Positions 1 through 14,249 of a DNA stretch of 64,000 nt are shown here, in pieces; within the stretch, counting starts at the first letter, position 1; every line of letters starts with the position of its first letter. The notes beneath the pieces are model-generated. The model worked only from the letters and a program-made list of their open reading frames with translations. It was not told the origin of the DNA and did not search any database. The stretch comes from Cenococcum geophilum (taxonomy: Eukaryota). The stretch is from assembly GCA_050273025.1 (NCBI GenBank), contig CP158635.1, forward strand, positions 11,036,001 through 11,100,000. Reading direction: 5' to 3'. Position numbers and translations under genes: made by a program.

Positions 1-3000
1 ATATTGTTAAGGCATACTATAATAAACTCATTAAGGTATTCTTCTAATACACTATTAATTCTTTTCTAAAATGTTATAGGTATATTTATTAGCCTAAATT
101 ATATAACTAATAGCTTATATAGTCCTTCTCTTAACCTAAAGGCTACCTTCTATTTATTACCTTCCTTAATTTTAATTTAATGGTACGCCTATCTTAGATC
201 TATCTTTATAAAGATTTGCGCGTTACCTATCTAATCTTAGATTTCGCTAATTAAGGGTAAAGGATACCTATCTTTCCGAGTAATGCTATTTAACTATCTA
301 TAGTTAATATATAGCCTAAGTTTTCTATTCTTTTTTAGTACGAATAATACTGGGTAACCTATTAATAACTATAATAGTCTAATATATCCCTTTTACAGGT
401 TCTCTTAGATAAACTCTTTAAGTACTCTAGACTCCTCTTAAGTAAGCTTATAGGTTAGAAAAAACCTTAGATTTATTCCTAGTTTTAACTCTATTTTATA
501 GTCCTATACTATATAATCTGCTAGCTTTTTACTTTCTAGGCTCTATAGTTTCTTACTATATTTATAGTATCTCTTTAGTACGTAACTTAAGCCTTACTTA
601 GTCTCTTTATATATTACTCTAACTTAGTATTATACTAACTTAGTTTACTATTATATTTTATATTATTAAGTATCTTTAATATTAACCTAACCTATAATCT
701 AATTAATCCTTAGGTTATATTCCTGTAACTAAGGTATACCTAATACTACCTTATCCTGTCCTAATAGTAGGATATTAAAAGACATCTTAATTTATCTTCC
801 TTTAATAGTTATCTAAATAGGTCCTTTTTTAAGATTAATAATCCCTCCTTTATAGGTTATTAGATCTCCTAAAATTGTAACTAATAGGTAAAGTTATTCC
901 TTCTATTTATAAGGTAATCCTATTTCTTTACTGCTATTAATAAAATATAGTTCCGTGTTACTCCACTATCTATTAGCGCTTTAAACTACTAATCTTACTA
1001 TTTAATCCTTAAATTTAGGTACTATCCTTAAATTCCTTTAAGGGTTTAAGGCTCTACTACTAGTTCCCTCTAGTCCTATAGGCCTTTACTTTTCCCAACT
1101 ATTAGCTGTTTAATCTTTATATACTTAGCTCGTTCTTTAACCAGTACTTAGTTTGCTTTTTATCTTCTATATACTATAGATATATATTCTTTAGGTATTC
1201 CTACTACTATTATTTATCTAAGTATTCTTCCGTAAAAAATCTTCCTAGTTAAAGTATTAGATCCCCAAACTCTTAGATCTCTATTAGATACTAGCTATAT
1301 ATATACTTAGCATTTCTATACTATTGCTCTTCTAGCGCCTAATATATCTTTATAGGGTATTTCCAATTCTTTTCTTTTAGATTTTTATGCATTTTATATA
1401 TATTGTCTATATATATAATCCATAATAGCGTATAATGTGCTAAGTGCTTTAGGTTAACTCTTAACTCGTCTTTATCTTTAAGTTTAAACCTCTATTATGT
1501 TAATCTAAACGTTATAACTTTATTTATAGGTACTAATATACACTTCTTACTTCTCTAGTCCTCTAATTATTCCTCTAAATTCTTTAACGTTATAATTAAG
1601 GCTCCTTTAATATAAGTTATGGCCTTCTCTATAATAGGGTAGTCCTAAATAACTTATTTATCCAACTACATATAAAAATCTTTTTATTTATTATTATGTC
1701 GTTACCTATACCACTTTTAGTACAGCTATTAGAGTATATATAGCTTATCTACAAGGAAGTATCTTCTTATTACTATATTATAACAGCCCTTTATATATCG
1801 TTTTTTAAACCTAGTAAGGATCCCTAGATCCTCTTTATTTTCCAGTTTAGTAAGCTACTTAGCTCTTAATATGCCTACTCTAAGCCTATTAGTAATTTTT
1901 TATATAGGTGCCCTATCCCTTATATAACCTAGTATACTAAATCTCTTATTTAGTTTCTATTCATGCTATACAATAATTCTTTACCTAAATTCTTCTATAG
2001 TTTCTTTTAGTTTAAGTCTTATAGATAGATCCTTAAAGTTATCCTGCTTCTTAATCTTAGTATTAATATTTTAATCCTCTTACTAAGCCTTACTCGCAAT
2101 TTCTTTAATAGTCCTTATTCTATTGCTAAAATCTTAGTCCTATAAGATTCTTAATCCTAAGCTTGCTTCCGTCTTAAGCTTTAATCCTATCTTAGTTTAA
2201 CTAGACTTTTGTGGTGTTCTTATCTCGTTTTAAGAGTCTTAAATCTCACTTATCTCGTCTTGAGAGTCTTATATTTTTAGGAAACTTCGTCCTAAGCTTA
2301 TTTATATATTACTAAACTGAGCCGTTACTCTACTCTATCGGTTATCGTCTATTATAGGTCCTTAAGCTTACTTTATCTTATCTTAAGAGTTTTAGTTATC
2401 TTATATCTCGTCTTAAGAATCTTAAGCCTTTGGCCTTTTGCCTTTATTAAGTGCCGAAGTAGTTTACTATCCTACTTCTCTTGCGTCTTATAAAGCAATA
2501 GATATTGTATCTAGTAGGGTCTTAATCCCTACTAATATTCCCTGTTCTATAGTGGAATTATCCTCTACCTCTTATATAATATCTCTAAGGTCTATATACT
2601 TTTAGTAAGCTGCCTTTATTACCTTATTATTACTAAATATTTCGCCTATATTAAATTTATTATCCTTAATGTCCGATTTACGAACTAGTTTATTAGTTCC
2701 TTTAAACTCTAATAATTTTAGCTCTTATGGCCAATAGCTTGCGCTATACTTAGCGTCTTTATAAATTTAGTATGCGTTATTATAATAGAACGCGAAACTT
2801 TTAATTAAACACTCTTTTGTTCCTTATAGTATATTATTATCCCTCTATATATATATATATATCGTCTACTAGTCTCGTTCCTTTTACTATATAGTAACTC
2901 TAACCACTCCTATAGTCTTTAACGTAATAACCCTATTTTTTGTAATTTATATAAACTCCTTCTTTAAACTATTTTTTTTATTATGGAGTCTGTCTAAATA

Positions 3001-3702
3001 TCTTCTGCTACTAAGATCCCTAGTTTAACCTCTGCTCCTTAGATCTTTAATTACTTAATCCTTATCCTCTAGGTTTCTATAATTTCTTATTTTACTTCTT
3101 AGATTCTTTAGTACTACTTAGGTCTATTAGCTCTGCGCTATACTATAGTTTTTAACTTTAACTTTATTAATGCGTATTCTGCGCCTTATATAACTATAAA
3201 ACTCTATCCTAACCCTTCTTAGTCTGCTCTCTTTAGTAGATCCTATTATTAATCTTAATTACTTAATTAATTAAATCTCTAAGAGTATCCGCATCTTCTA
3301 TTAGAATAATTACGTCCTAGACTTTTGCTTTAAGTCCCTACTTATACTGTGCCATAAGCGCTTTATTATTTTATTTGACCTATATTGCTAATATTTAAAA
3401 CTACGTTATATACTTAATTGCTAAAGTTCTTTATACTAGGTTTTAAAGCTTCCTTTTAGCCGTAGTAGTTACTTCTAGGTCCCTAAATATTTATATTAAT
3501 TATTCCATAAACCCGTTCTAACTTAAGAACATATACCGTACTTTTTGGTTAGTAGTTATTATGCCGTGCTCCTATACCTCCGTAAGGTAAGGTTTAAACT
3601 ACTTAAGTGCCCTTCCCGTTAAGAATAATCCTGCGTAAGCAACTTAATCCATAGGCGTTCCTAGCTTTACCCCTTCCTATATAACCTTAAAGTGCATTTA
3701 CG

Positions 3703-3889
3703 TATCACGGCACTGACCTAACACGTTGTTATAACTTAGTGTTGTCATGACACGAGCACGGACCTAACCCCTAAGCGACGTGTATATATACCGCCTCACC
3801 TCCTATATAGATCCTCACATGATACCGTTTGTCAATTATATACAGTTACCTCGTATATCGTACCTTAACAGTCCGCACGTACTATAACA
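3703..3889. mobile_element. Solo LTR (187 bp) inserted in the gag of A
   Basis: Ends TATCACGG...TATAACA (RIP'd TG..CA). TSD TTACG at 3698-3702 and 3890-3894. Absent from the homologous sites in B (~11550) and D (~31500). Confidence 0.85.
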
Positions 3890-4242
3890 TTACGTAAGGA
3901 ATCTTTTAAGCTTTAACTTCTCCCCTAAGAATTACTTAATTAAGGGTAACTTAACCTTAGCTACTCCGATCCCGTTAATCCTTTCTTTAAGTATCTTATT
4001 ATTGTCTATTAGTTAATTAACTATTTTCTATAGCTGTCTAATAGTAACTAGTTACGAGTTAGTATTTACTATACTGGTGTCATTACCTAATCCTAAGGTA
4101 GTCGCCGCTGTGGACGCCGTCGTAGCTACTACTTTTAGTGGCATATTATTTAACTTCTTTTACCGTAACCTTAGTAGTAAATATATAATAAAGCCTTATA
4201 GCAGGAACTATGGTGGGCTTATTAATAGGCTAGGTATATAGG

Positions 4243-7200
4243 TGTAACGGAACCTTGTAGTGGGAACTACGATGGGTTCTATTAATGGGCTAGGTGTGTA
4301 GGAAATGCAAGGCAGTAGTTAACAACGTAATAATAACTGGTGGAGTAGTTACCTAACAGATTAACTCCAATTATATTCTAAGAATTACTATAAGGAAGGA
4401 ACTATCTAGGTAGGGATTAAGGGTCCTTAAATACACAACCGTACTCCTATAAAATCCTTCTTATATATAATATACGTCTTATATATAAGGTACGTAAGTT
4501 CCTCTTGTTCCTCTCGTTTAATATATAGCATGTCATGTGACCTTAGTTACCATTCCTCGTTATATAGTTCTATGGGTTCTATCCTGGACTATGCTTATAT
4601 TAACTAACTAGCTTCTTCCAACTCCTTTCCTAGTAGTCGTAATATTGTACTTAAAGCGTCCGTAACACTATCTCCCTTCTCTTTATCTTTATCCTTAAAG
4701 ATTTAAAATATCTCTAAGTCGTTTACTAGAGGTGTAATATCTATCTAATTAATTTGGTTAATATTGTTACTTATTATACCTAAAGCAATTTCTTCTTTAC
4801 ACGCCCAACGTCGTGCCCGTACTATTGCTGCGATATTATCTTTTAGTAAGATTATGCCGTCTCCGTATTCTCGTTATACGAAAGAGGGGTTAGTCTATAT
4901 TGCGCTGGCGAGTCCTTCTTTATAGTAGCCGTCCTCTTACTCAGAGTGCACTAAAGCGAATATTTATTTGTCTTATAATGTTTACTTTACCTCTAATGCT
5001 AAATATACGCGATCTATTACTCTTAGTAGTCATCTAGTTCCCTAACTGATTTATTTTAAGGTCTTATATTTAATCTACTGCTATACGGCTAGATAGTGAA
5101 CTGTCTTAAGCCCTTATTAAGTTAGAACGTTCTTATAATGCGGAATAGAAGGCCCTAAATGCTCGCATCGCGGTGTCTACTTAATTACTTCGCCTTAAGA
5201 AGGTTTGTAAAAAGGTTTATTTTAAGGAGTAAAAGCTTATAGAACAAGGTCTTTAGGAACTGGGTAATAAGAGAACTGACTCTTCTCCTATAGTAAAGGG
5301 AATAACTCTAAGTAGTTCGGCAGTCGCTCTTTCTAGGTCCCCCTTAGGTGACTTATTCTTTAGCGATTCCCCTTTATTAATATTGCCTAACCTTTTTTCT
5401 TTTAATACTCCTATACCTTTTCTATAGCGTTTTTTAAATTTTCTAGTGGCTCCTAGGTAGTCTTATTATAGCCTATCCACTTTACCTTATACTATGTTTT
5501 ATCGTCGACGTCCTTATAGCTAACAATCTTTAAAACTTACCACTTGTCCTCTTCTTATCCTCTATACGTGTCTGCTTTATAGACTAGTAGCTTAACATCC
5601 CCATATACTGGCTCTAGTATCGCGATGTACTATATAGGGTAGATCTTCATTTTAGCTAGTAGGTTTAACTTAAACGTAACCGATAAAATCCTCTTTTTGA
5701 TTTTAAAAGGTCCTAGTCTAATATAGTCTAACTTCTTGCTTAGTTATTAACTCTTAAAATTTTTATATAGTAGCTATACTTTATCTCCCTCCTTAAGATC
5801 TGGTCCCTTAGATCTCTTAGCATTATAGTACCTTTTTATCCTTTGCTATACTACCTTTACTGTTTCCGTAAGGTCTATATAAAGATTCATTAATATCTCT
5901 ATCCTTTACTTAGCTGTGCTACTCGTCTTTTTTACTTAACGTGGCGATAATAAGGTCCTTGGCTTATATCTATAATTCGCCTTAAATAGTAACGTACCTA
6001 TTCCTTCTTATAGTGTCGCATTATATATAAATTATATAACCGGTAATAGCGATACCCAATTGTTTTATATATAATTAACGTAATACCTTAGATACTATTC
6101 TAGTGTCTAGTTTAATCTTTCTGTTTAACCATCTATCTGCGGATAATATGCGGTGGAAGTTACTACTTAAACTCCTTGCTCCGCTAAGAATACCTTCTAG
6201 AATATTGCTACGAATCTTAGATCTCTATCCAATATAATTTTACTTAGTACTCTATGTCTTATAAACACTTCTTTAATATAGATTCTAGCGATATCTTCCG
6301 CTAAGATTTCTTCCGTATATGCTATAAAGTATCCCCACTTCGTAAGCTTATCTACTATTACTAAGATTATATTGTAATCTTGTCCGGTAATAGGATCTCT
6401 TAACTTTAGTAACTTAATAATAAAGTCCTATAATATGACCTCCTATAGTCTTTCTAGTATTTTAACAGGTTGTAGCCCTCTATATGGCTTATGCCTTGTT
6501 GGTTTATTCCTTTAGTAATTTAGATACTCCTTAGTGACCTTCCTGGCTATCCTCCAGATTCCGTTAATAATGTACTCCTCCTAGAGTCTTAATACTAAGC
6601 CCGTAGCTCTATTATATTCTTAAGTTAGTCCCTTATAGAAGTCTTCCATAAACTACTCTGCTATACTCCTTAGGATGTACTTTACCTCTTAATTTTTATA
6701 TATATCTAACTATAGGTCTTCTAGCTATTCTTCTAAAATTCTCCGTGCCTAATAGCTTTTTAGTATCTCGTAGACTTTCTTTAATTTATTCTCTTAAGTT
6801 ACTGTAATCCTTAGATAATTGTACCTAATTAGTCTATCTATATCTTTTCGCAGTAAAGCCCCTAATGGCTTATCGTTATTTTATAATTTAGTCTTTTTAC
6901 TTAGAGCATCTGCTCGTGCATTCTCTATACCCTTAGTATACTAAATTTCGAAATGGTATTCTGTAAGCATCTCTACCCATCTAACCTGTCTTTAGTTAAG
7001 TTCCTTTATTATTAGGAATCCTATTAGGTTCTTATAATCCGTTTTAACTATAAATAGTTTCTCTATACCTTATAAGAATGCTTTCTATTTCTTTAATACT
7101 GTAACTATACTTAACAACTCCTTATTATAGATGTTATAGTTTAACTTTAGTAGTATTATCTTTCGACTATAATATGCCACTGGGTGCTATCTATCTGGAT

Positions 7201-10200
7201 GCCTTTATATAAAATATACTCCTAGTGTAAAGTCTAATATATCTATTTCTATAACCGTCTCTAGTCTTAGTTAATAGATCCTAAGAACTGGCTCCTAGGT
7301 AAATAACTCTTTAATTTTCTTAAAGAGTTCCTACTATTCCTCTCCCTATGCCTATAGTTCTTCTTTCTTTGTTAATCGCGTAAGTGGTTTAATATTTTTT
7401 AACCACTGCCCTATAAACCTTCTGTAGTAATTGCAAACCCCTAAAAACAATCTTAACTGCGTAATGTTCTCCGGTTCTTGCTAATTTACTATAGCCTCGA
7501 TCTTCTTTAGATCTATACTAAGTTGGCCTAGTTTAATAATAAATCTAACGAAATCGGTCTTCCTGATAAAGAACTCGTATTTCTTAATTGCTACTAGTAT
7601 CTATTCTTCCTATAGTCTCCTTAAGACCCATTTAACGTATTCCCCATATTCTTCCTTAGTTATTAAGTAGATAATAATATTATTAAGGTATACCATAACA
7701 AATTTATTTAAGTGTTCTCTTAATACATTATTAATACGCTTTTAGAACGTTGCTAGTACGTTTATAAGCCCGAATTACATAACCAATGGTTTATATAGTC
7801 CTTCCTTTAACCTAAAGGCTGCCTTCCATTCGTCGCCTTTCTTAATTCTAATCTAATAGTACGCCTATCTTAGATCTATCTTTATAAAGATTTGCGTGTT
7901 GCCTATTCTGTCTTAGATCTTACTAATTAAGGGTAAAGGATACCTATCCTTTCTGGTAATGCTGTTTAACTATCTATAGTTAATATATAGCCTTAGTTTA
8001 CCATCCTTTTTTGGTATAAATAGTACTAAATAACCCGCTAATGACTATAATGGTCTAATATATCCCTTTTATAAGTTTTCCTAGATAAACTCTTTTAATA
8101 CTCTACCTTCTTCTTCGGTAAGCTTATAGATTAAAAAGAACCTTAGACTTGTTCCTGGTTCCAATTCTATTTTATAGTCCTATACTGTATATTCTAACAG
8201 CTTTTCACTCTTAGGTAACTATAGTTTCTTACTATACTTATGGTATCTTTTTAGTATATAGCTTAGCCCTTTTTCCGTTTCTTCGTAGGTCACTCCTACT
8301 TAGTACCATACTATCTTGGCCTGTTGTCGTATTCTACAGCGTCAAGTATCCCTAATATTGACCTAACCTATAATCTAATCGATTTTTAGATTATATTCCT
8401 ATAACTAAGGCATTCCCAATACTGCCTTATTATTCCCTAATAGTAATATATTAAAAGACATCTTAATCTGTCTTCCTTTAATGGTTATCTAAATAGGTCC
8501 TATTTTGAGATTAATAATGCCTCCTCTATAGGTTATTGGATCTCCTAAAATTGTCACTAATAGGTAAGGACGTTCCTTCTATCTGTGCGGTAATCCTATT
8601 CTTTTAACTGCTATTAGTAAGATATAGTTCCTTATCGCTCCACTATCTATTAATGCCTTAAACTATTGATCTTGCCATTTAACTCGTAAATTTAGGTATT
8701 GTCCTTAAATTCCTTTAAGGGTCTAAGGCTCTACTACTAGCTCCCTCTAGTCCCGTGGGCCTCCACTTTTCCTAACTACTGGCTACTAGATCCTATTTAT
8801 ACTTAGTCTAACTTAGGCTAATACTTAGTTCGTTTTTTGTCTTTAATATACCATAGATAGGTGTTCTCTAGATATTCCCACCATTGTCGTCTATCTAGGC
8901 ATTCTTCCGTAAGGAATCTTCCTAGTTAAAGTATTAAGTCCCCTTATTCTTAAACTTCTACTAGGTACTAACTATGCATATACTTAGCGTTTTAATACTT
9001 TGCCTCGTCCATCATCCAATATATCCTTATTAGATACTTCCAATTTTTATCTTTTAGTGCTCTATATATATTATACGCATTATCCACATACGCTATCCAT
9101 AATAGTGTATAATATGCCTAATATCTTGGGTTAATTCTCGGCTTATCCTCGTCCTTAAGCTTAAACCTTTCTCATATTAATCTAAGCGTTACGACTTCGT
9201 TCGTAGGTACTAAGATACGCCTTTCGCTTCTCTAGTCCTCTAATTACTCCTCTAAATCCTTTAATATTATAATTAAGGCTCCCTTAATATAAGTTATAGC
9301 CTTCTCTATAATCGGGTAGTTCTAGATAACTTTTTCGTCTAACTACATATAGAAATCCTCCTACTTATTATTATGCTGTTGCCTATACCACTTTTAATAT
9401 AGCTGCTTAAGTATATACGGCTCGTCCGTAAGGAAATATCTCTTCATTACTACGTCGTAATAGCCTTTAGTATATTGTTCTTCAAACCTAGTAAGAATCC
9501 CTAGATCCTCTTCTTATTCTAGTTTAGTAAGCTACTTAGCTTTTAGTATGCCTATTCTAGGCCTATTAGTAATCCTTTATACTAGCGCTCTGTCCCTTAT
9601 ACGTCCTAATATACTAGATCTCTTATCTAGTTTCTATTCTTGCTATAAGGTAATTCTTACTCTAAATTCCTCCATGGTTTCTTTTACATCACATCTTATA
9701 AGTAGATCCTTAAAGTCCCTTTACTTTTTAATCTTAGTATTAACTTTTTAATCTTTAAGCTAAGCACTATACTCCCCTAGTAAATCCTCTGGGTCTATAT
9801 ATCTATCTCCCAGTTTAATTACTATTTATATTATAAATTCCCTAATCTATAAAGAAGCTCCTTATCTCTTATTTATAGGTATTCTAATTTATACTCCAAA
9901 TTCTTAACCCCTTAGATTCTTTAATCCTAAGCTTACTTCTATCTTAAGCCTAGCTCTAACCTTAGTTTAACTAGGCTTACTTAGTGTCCTCATCTTATCT
10001 TAAGAGTCCTAGATCTTACTTATCTCGTCTTAAGAATCTTATACCGTTAGGAATTCTTATCCCAAGCTTATTTGTATATCTTTAAACTAAGCTACTACCC
10101 TACTCTATCGGTTTTCGTCTGTTATAGGTCTTTAGGTATACCTTATCTCGTCTTAAGAATCTTAATTATTTCTTATCTCATCATAAGCATCTTAAGCCTT

Positions 10201-12269
10201 TAGCCTTTTACCTTTATCGAGTAGTAAGCTAGCACTAGCAGTCGTTTGCTTGCTTAATCATCTCTAGATATTACTCCTTCTATCTTATAAAGCAATAGAT
10301 ACTATATCTAATGGTGTTATAATACCCGTTACTAAACCTTGCTCTATAGCGGTCTTAGTCTCTACTTTTATTGCATTATTAAGGTTTAGATACCCCTAGT
10401 TGGTTTCCTTACTATCCTTATCGCTATTAATTAATAAGTGCTCTAACTTCATTATTATTATTGCTAATCGTTGTCCGTATATTGCTATAATATCTTAATC
10501 TAGCTTATAGAGTTAATCTTATTCTTTATCTAACTCTATAGTTCCTCTAAATCCTTTTAACTCTAGCTCCTATGGCCAATAGCTTACGCCGTACTTAGCG
10601 TCTTTATAAATTCGGTATACATTATTATAGCAGAACGCAAAACTTTTAATTAAACACTCTTTTGTTCCTCGTAGTATACTATTATCCCTCTATATGTATA
10701 TATCACATACTATTAGTCTAGTTCCCTTTATTATATAGTAACTCTAACCATCTTTATAATCCCTTATAAAGTAACCCTATTTTCCACAATTTATATAAGC
10801 TCTGTCTCTAAACCATTAACTTTATTATAGAGTCTACCTAAACATCTTCTGCTGTTAAGATCCCTAGTTTAGCCTCTACTCCCTAGTCCTATAATTACTA
10901 AATCCTTAACCTCTAAGTTTCTATAGTTTCTTACTCTATCTCTTATAGGCTTCTTTAGTACCACTTAGGTCTATTAGTTCTACGCCATACTATAGTTTTT
11001 AACTTAGCTTTGGTCATTACGTATTCTACGTCTTATATAACTATAAAACTCTATCTTAGCCCTTCTTAGCCTGTTCCCTTTAGAAGATCCTATTATTAAT
11101 CTTAATCGCTTAATCTATTAATTCCCTTAGGGTGTCCGCATCTTCTATTAGAATAATTATATCCTAGACTTTAGCCTTAAGTCCTTATTTATACTATACT
11201 ATAAGCGCCCTATCGTTCCACTTAACTTATATTACAAGTATTTAAAACTATATTATATACTCAATTGCTAAAGTTCGCTATATTAGGTCCTAAAGCTTTC
11301 TCTCTACTATAGTTATTACTTCCAGGTCCCTAAATATCTATATTAACCGTTCCGTAAATCCTACCTAGCTAGAAAATATAAATCATACTTCTTAATTAGT
11401 AGTAGTTATCCCATTAGCCTATATCTCTATTAAGTAGGGTTTAAACCATTTAAGTGCCTAACCCGTTAGGAATAGTCCCGCGTAGGCTATCTAGTCCATT
11501 ATTATGGCTAACTTAGCCCCTTCTTATATAACTTTAAAATGTATCTGCATTAGAAATCCTTTAAGCTTTAATCTCTCCCCTAAAAATCGTTCAATTAATA
11601 GTAACTTAACCTTTACTACTCCAATTCCATTAAGTCTATTTTTAAGTACTATATTATTTTCTGTTAATTAATCCACTATTTCTTATAATTGTCCTACCGT
11701 TACAGGTTGTTGCGAGTCAGTGTCCGCTATACTAGTGTCACCCCCTAACCTTAAAGTAGTTGCCGCCGTCAATGGCGTCGTAGTGGCTGCTTTTGGTGGT
11801 ATATTGTTTAACTCTACGTTAATACTATAACCGGGTAGTGATTATGTAACGGAACCTTGTAGTAGGAACTACGATAGGTTCTATTAATGGGCTAGGTATA
11901 TAGGAAATGCAAGGTAGTAGTTAATAACGTAATAACAACTAGTAGAGTAGTTGCCTAACAGATTAACTCCAATTATATTCTAAAAATTACTATAAGGAAG
12001 AAACTATCTAGGTAGGGACCGAGGGTCCTTAAATACACAACCATACTCCTATGAAATCCTTCTTATACGTGATATACGTCTTATACATAAGGTACATAAG
12101 TTCCTCTTATTCCTCTTGTTTAACACGTAGTATATTATATAACCTTAGTTACCATTCCTCGTTATATAGTTCTACGGATTTTATCCTAGACCGTGCTTAT
12201 ATTAACCAACTAGCTTCTTCCGACTCCTCTCCTAGTAGTTATAACATTGTACTTAAAGCGTCCGTAACA
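4243..12269 (-). mobile_element. Full-length RIP'd Ty3/Gypsy chromovirus B (gag-PR-RT-RH-IN-chromodomain)
   Basis: 425-bp LTRs at 4243-4667 and 11845-12269 (TGTAACGG..CCGTAACA). TSD ATAGG at 4238-4242 and 12270-12274. PPT next to 4668. YLDD-type motif ~7675-7695, integrase HPQTDGQTER ~6115-6150, chromodomain ~5430-5550. Confidence 0.95.
4776..5460 (+). pseudogene. Antisense two-exon gene in B: Zn2Cys6-like cluster plus coiled coil (~209 aa de-RIP)
   Basis: Exon 1 (4776-5004) reads de-RIP MPK..MPSPCSRCxKEGLVC..QPSSCSECTKANIRSSCDV. Putative 55-bp intron at 5005-5059. Exon 2 is in frame, and its internal stops are all TAA/TAG. Confidence 0.7.
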
Positions 12270-12828
12270 ATAGGTATAAAATAGTTAACAATATAAATAT
12301 AACTAGTGGAGTAGTTGCCTAATAGATTAACTCTAATTATATTCTAAGATTTACTAAAAAAAGAGAAGAACTATCTAGATAGGGACTATAGTCCTTTAAA
12401 TACATAACTATACTCCTAAGAAATCCTCCTTATAGGTAAAGTACGTCTTATATATAAGGTACGTAAGTTCCTCTTATTCCTTTTGTTTAATACGTAGCAT
12501 ATTATATAACCTTAGTTACCATTCCTCGTTATATAGTTCTATTAGCTCTGTTCTGGACCATGCCTTAATTAACTAACTAGCTGCTTCCAACTCCTCTCCT
12601 AGTAGTCGTAATATTGTACTTAAAGCGTCCGTAATAATAGACTTATATAAATATATAAAGATCTAGAATTAATAGTATATTACCATTTTGTTAAGGTACT
12701 AAGATCCTAAAGGCCTCCTAGTAGGATTTTAATTTTCTTAATTGTTTTAATAGCCTTAATAGGCTCCTAGCAGGCTTTTAGCAGGATTTTAATTTTCTAA
12801 TTATTCTAATCGTCCTAATTGTCCTAAT

Positions 12829-14249
12829 TATTATAGTACTGGTAAATTACTAGGCAAATTGCTATAGATTGCCGTAGATTATAGTTACGTAATATAAGGT
12901 TATATATAACATCGAGTAGCACTACCTATCCTTCCATTTCCTTTTTCTTAGCTTTAGATCCTCGTTAATAGACAATCTAATTATATAGGCTTGCATGCGT
13001 CCTTCTTGCTATGCGTATACCTTAATTAACTAAGTCGCTAACATTATCTAAAGCTTATACTACTTCTTCTTCCTAAAAAGGAACTTAAATATATCTATAA
13101 GATTATAAATAGGATAAGGATATAGAATAGGAACCTAAAGGACATTACTAGGACTATAAGGATAGGACTTAAAGGGAAAAAAATAGAACTCTAAGGAAAG
13201 GATCTATAAGCTAATACTAAAATTAAACAGCTATAAGAACTGCTTAAAACTAGAGACACCCTAATATCTTAAGATAGCCTATTAAACAGACTTACTATAG
13301 TCCTTAAGGCCCTAGCCTAATGTACCGTATTATTAAAATCTGTAAAAGTCGCGGACCCCCTATTACTTATAAATAGGACCAACCCTATATTTAATAATTA
13401 GAAGCTTTAACTATAGGATAAGCTTAAAGTTAATAAAGATTACTTCCCTAATAACTAAGCTAAGATGGCCTATTTCCTTAGCCGTACTAGTAGAGACGCC
13501 TAAATATATCTATATCTGCGATATACTATAGACTTAATAGACCCTTTTATCTTAGAAGAAGAAATAATTAACTACCTATCTTCTATTTATAAGGACCCCT
13601 TTAAGATATAAAATGCCCGCCTTAATTATAAAAGCCTAAATATAAAAATAATGGAGACCTTTTTAGCCTTTTAGACCCGCTTTTTAGACCTATTAGGCTA
13701 GGCCTAAATTCCCTATAAAGACTTAATACTAGACTTCTTTAACAAGCTTACTCTGGACCTATAGCGCGCTATACTACTAGTTTTTGCTTCTATATAGACG
13801 TTAAAGGAACTTATAGACTACTGCCTAACTATTAACTAAGGCCTTTGTTAAATTAAGGCACGAGCTAAGCGGTATAAAACTAGAAACTCTTTAAACTAGA
13901 CTATAAGCTCTATAAAAACGGCCTATAGTACCCTAGCATAATTTATAACTCCTATATCTCCTACTATATAGCCCGCCGTTAGTCTAGTAGCTAGTTAAAT
14001 AGCTAGTCCCTACTGTGGGCCTGGCACATACGCGGCCTATATACAGTAACCCCTATAAATAAGCCCTTAGTAATTAAGGAGCTTACTTTTTATATAGCTA
14101 TAAAGACTACTTTATAAAGGACTACCTAATAGCAATAAAGATAAACAAGGTCCTATTAATTTAGAAAAATAGTATAAAGTTAGAAAAAGTGGAACCTTAG
14201 AGGAAGACTCCTCTCTAGGGTTAAAAGGGATTAATATATTATATATTAA
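12829..14249 (+). mobile_element. Gypsy element E: 5' LTR (12829-13043) and gag, truncated
   Basis: LTR TATTATAG..GCTAACA resembles 22540-22806 in its 3' half. Gag-like frame with CCHC knuckle (de-RIP GACFxCGxxxHFxKDC) at ~14080-14125. Confidence 0.75.

Larger units (their letters stand above)
1..12636 (-). mobile_element. Ty3/Gypsy element A (5' LTR, gag, protease, start of RT; continues past window start), interrupted by a solo LTR and by element B
   Basis: Minus strand ~180-320 reads de-RIP [34 protein letters not shown] (RT). Gag ATG ~4144. 5' LTR is split into 4184-4242 and 12275-12636. Colinear with B and D. Confidence 0.92.

Noticed and set aside
9548..9751. 67-aa ORF, with a homologue at 33218-33457
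   Set aside because: Antisense shadow of the RIP'd gag extension; it recurs only because B and D are copies.
12051..12284. 77-aa ORF
   Set aside because: Lies in the B LTR and crosses the insertion junction.
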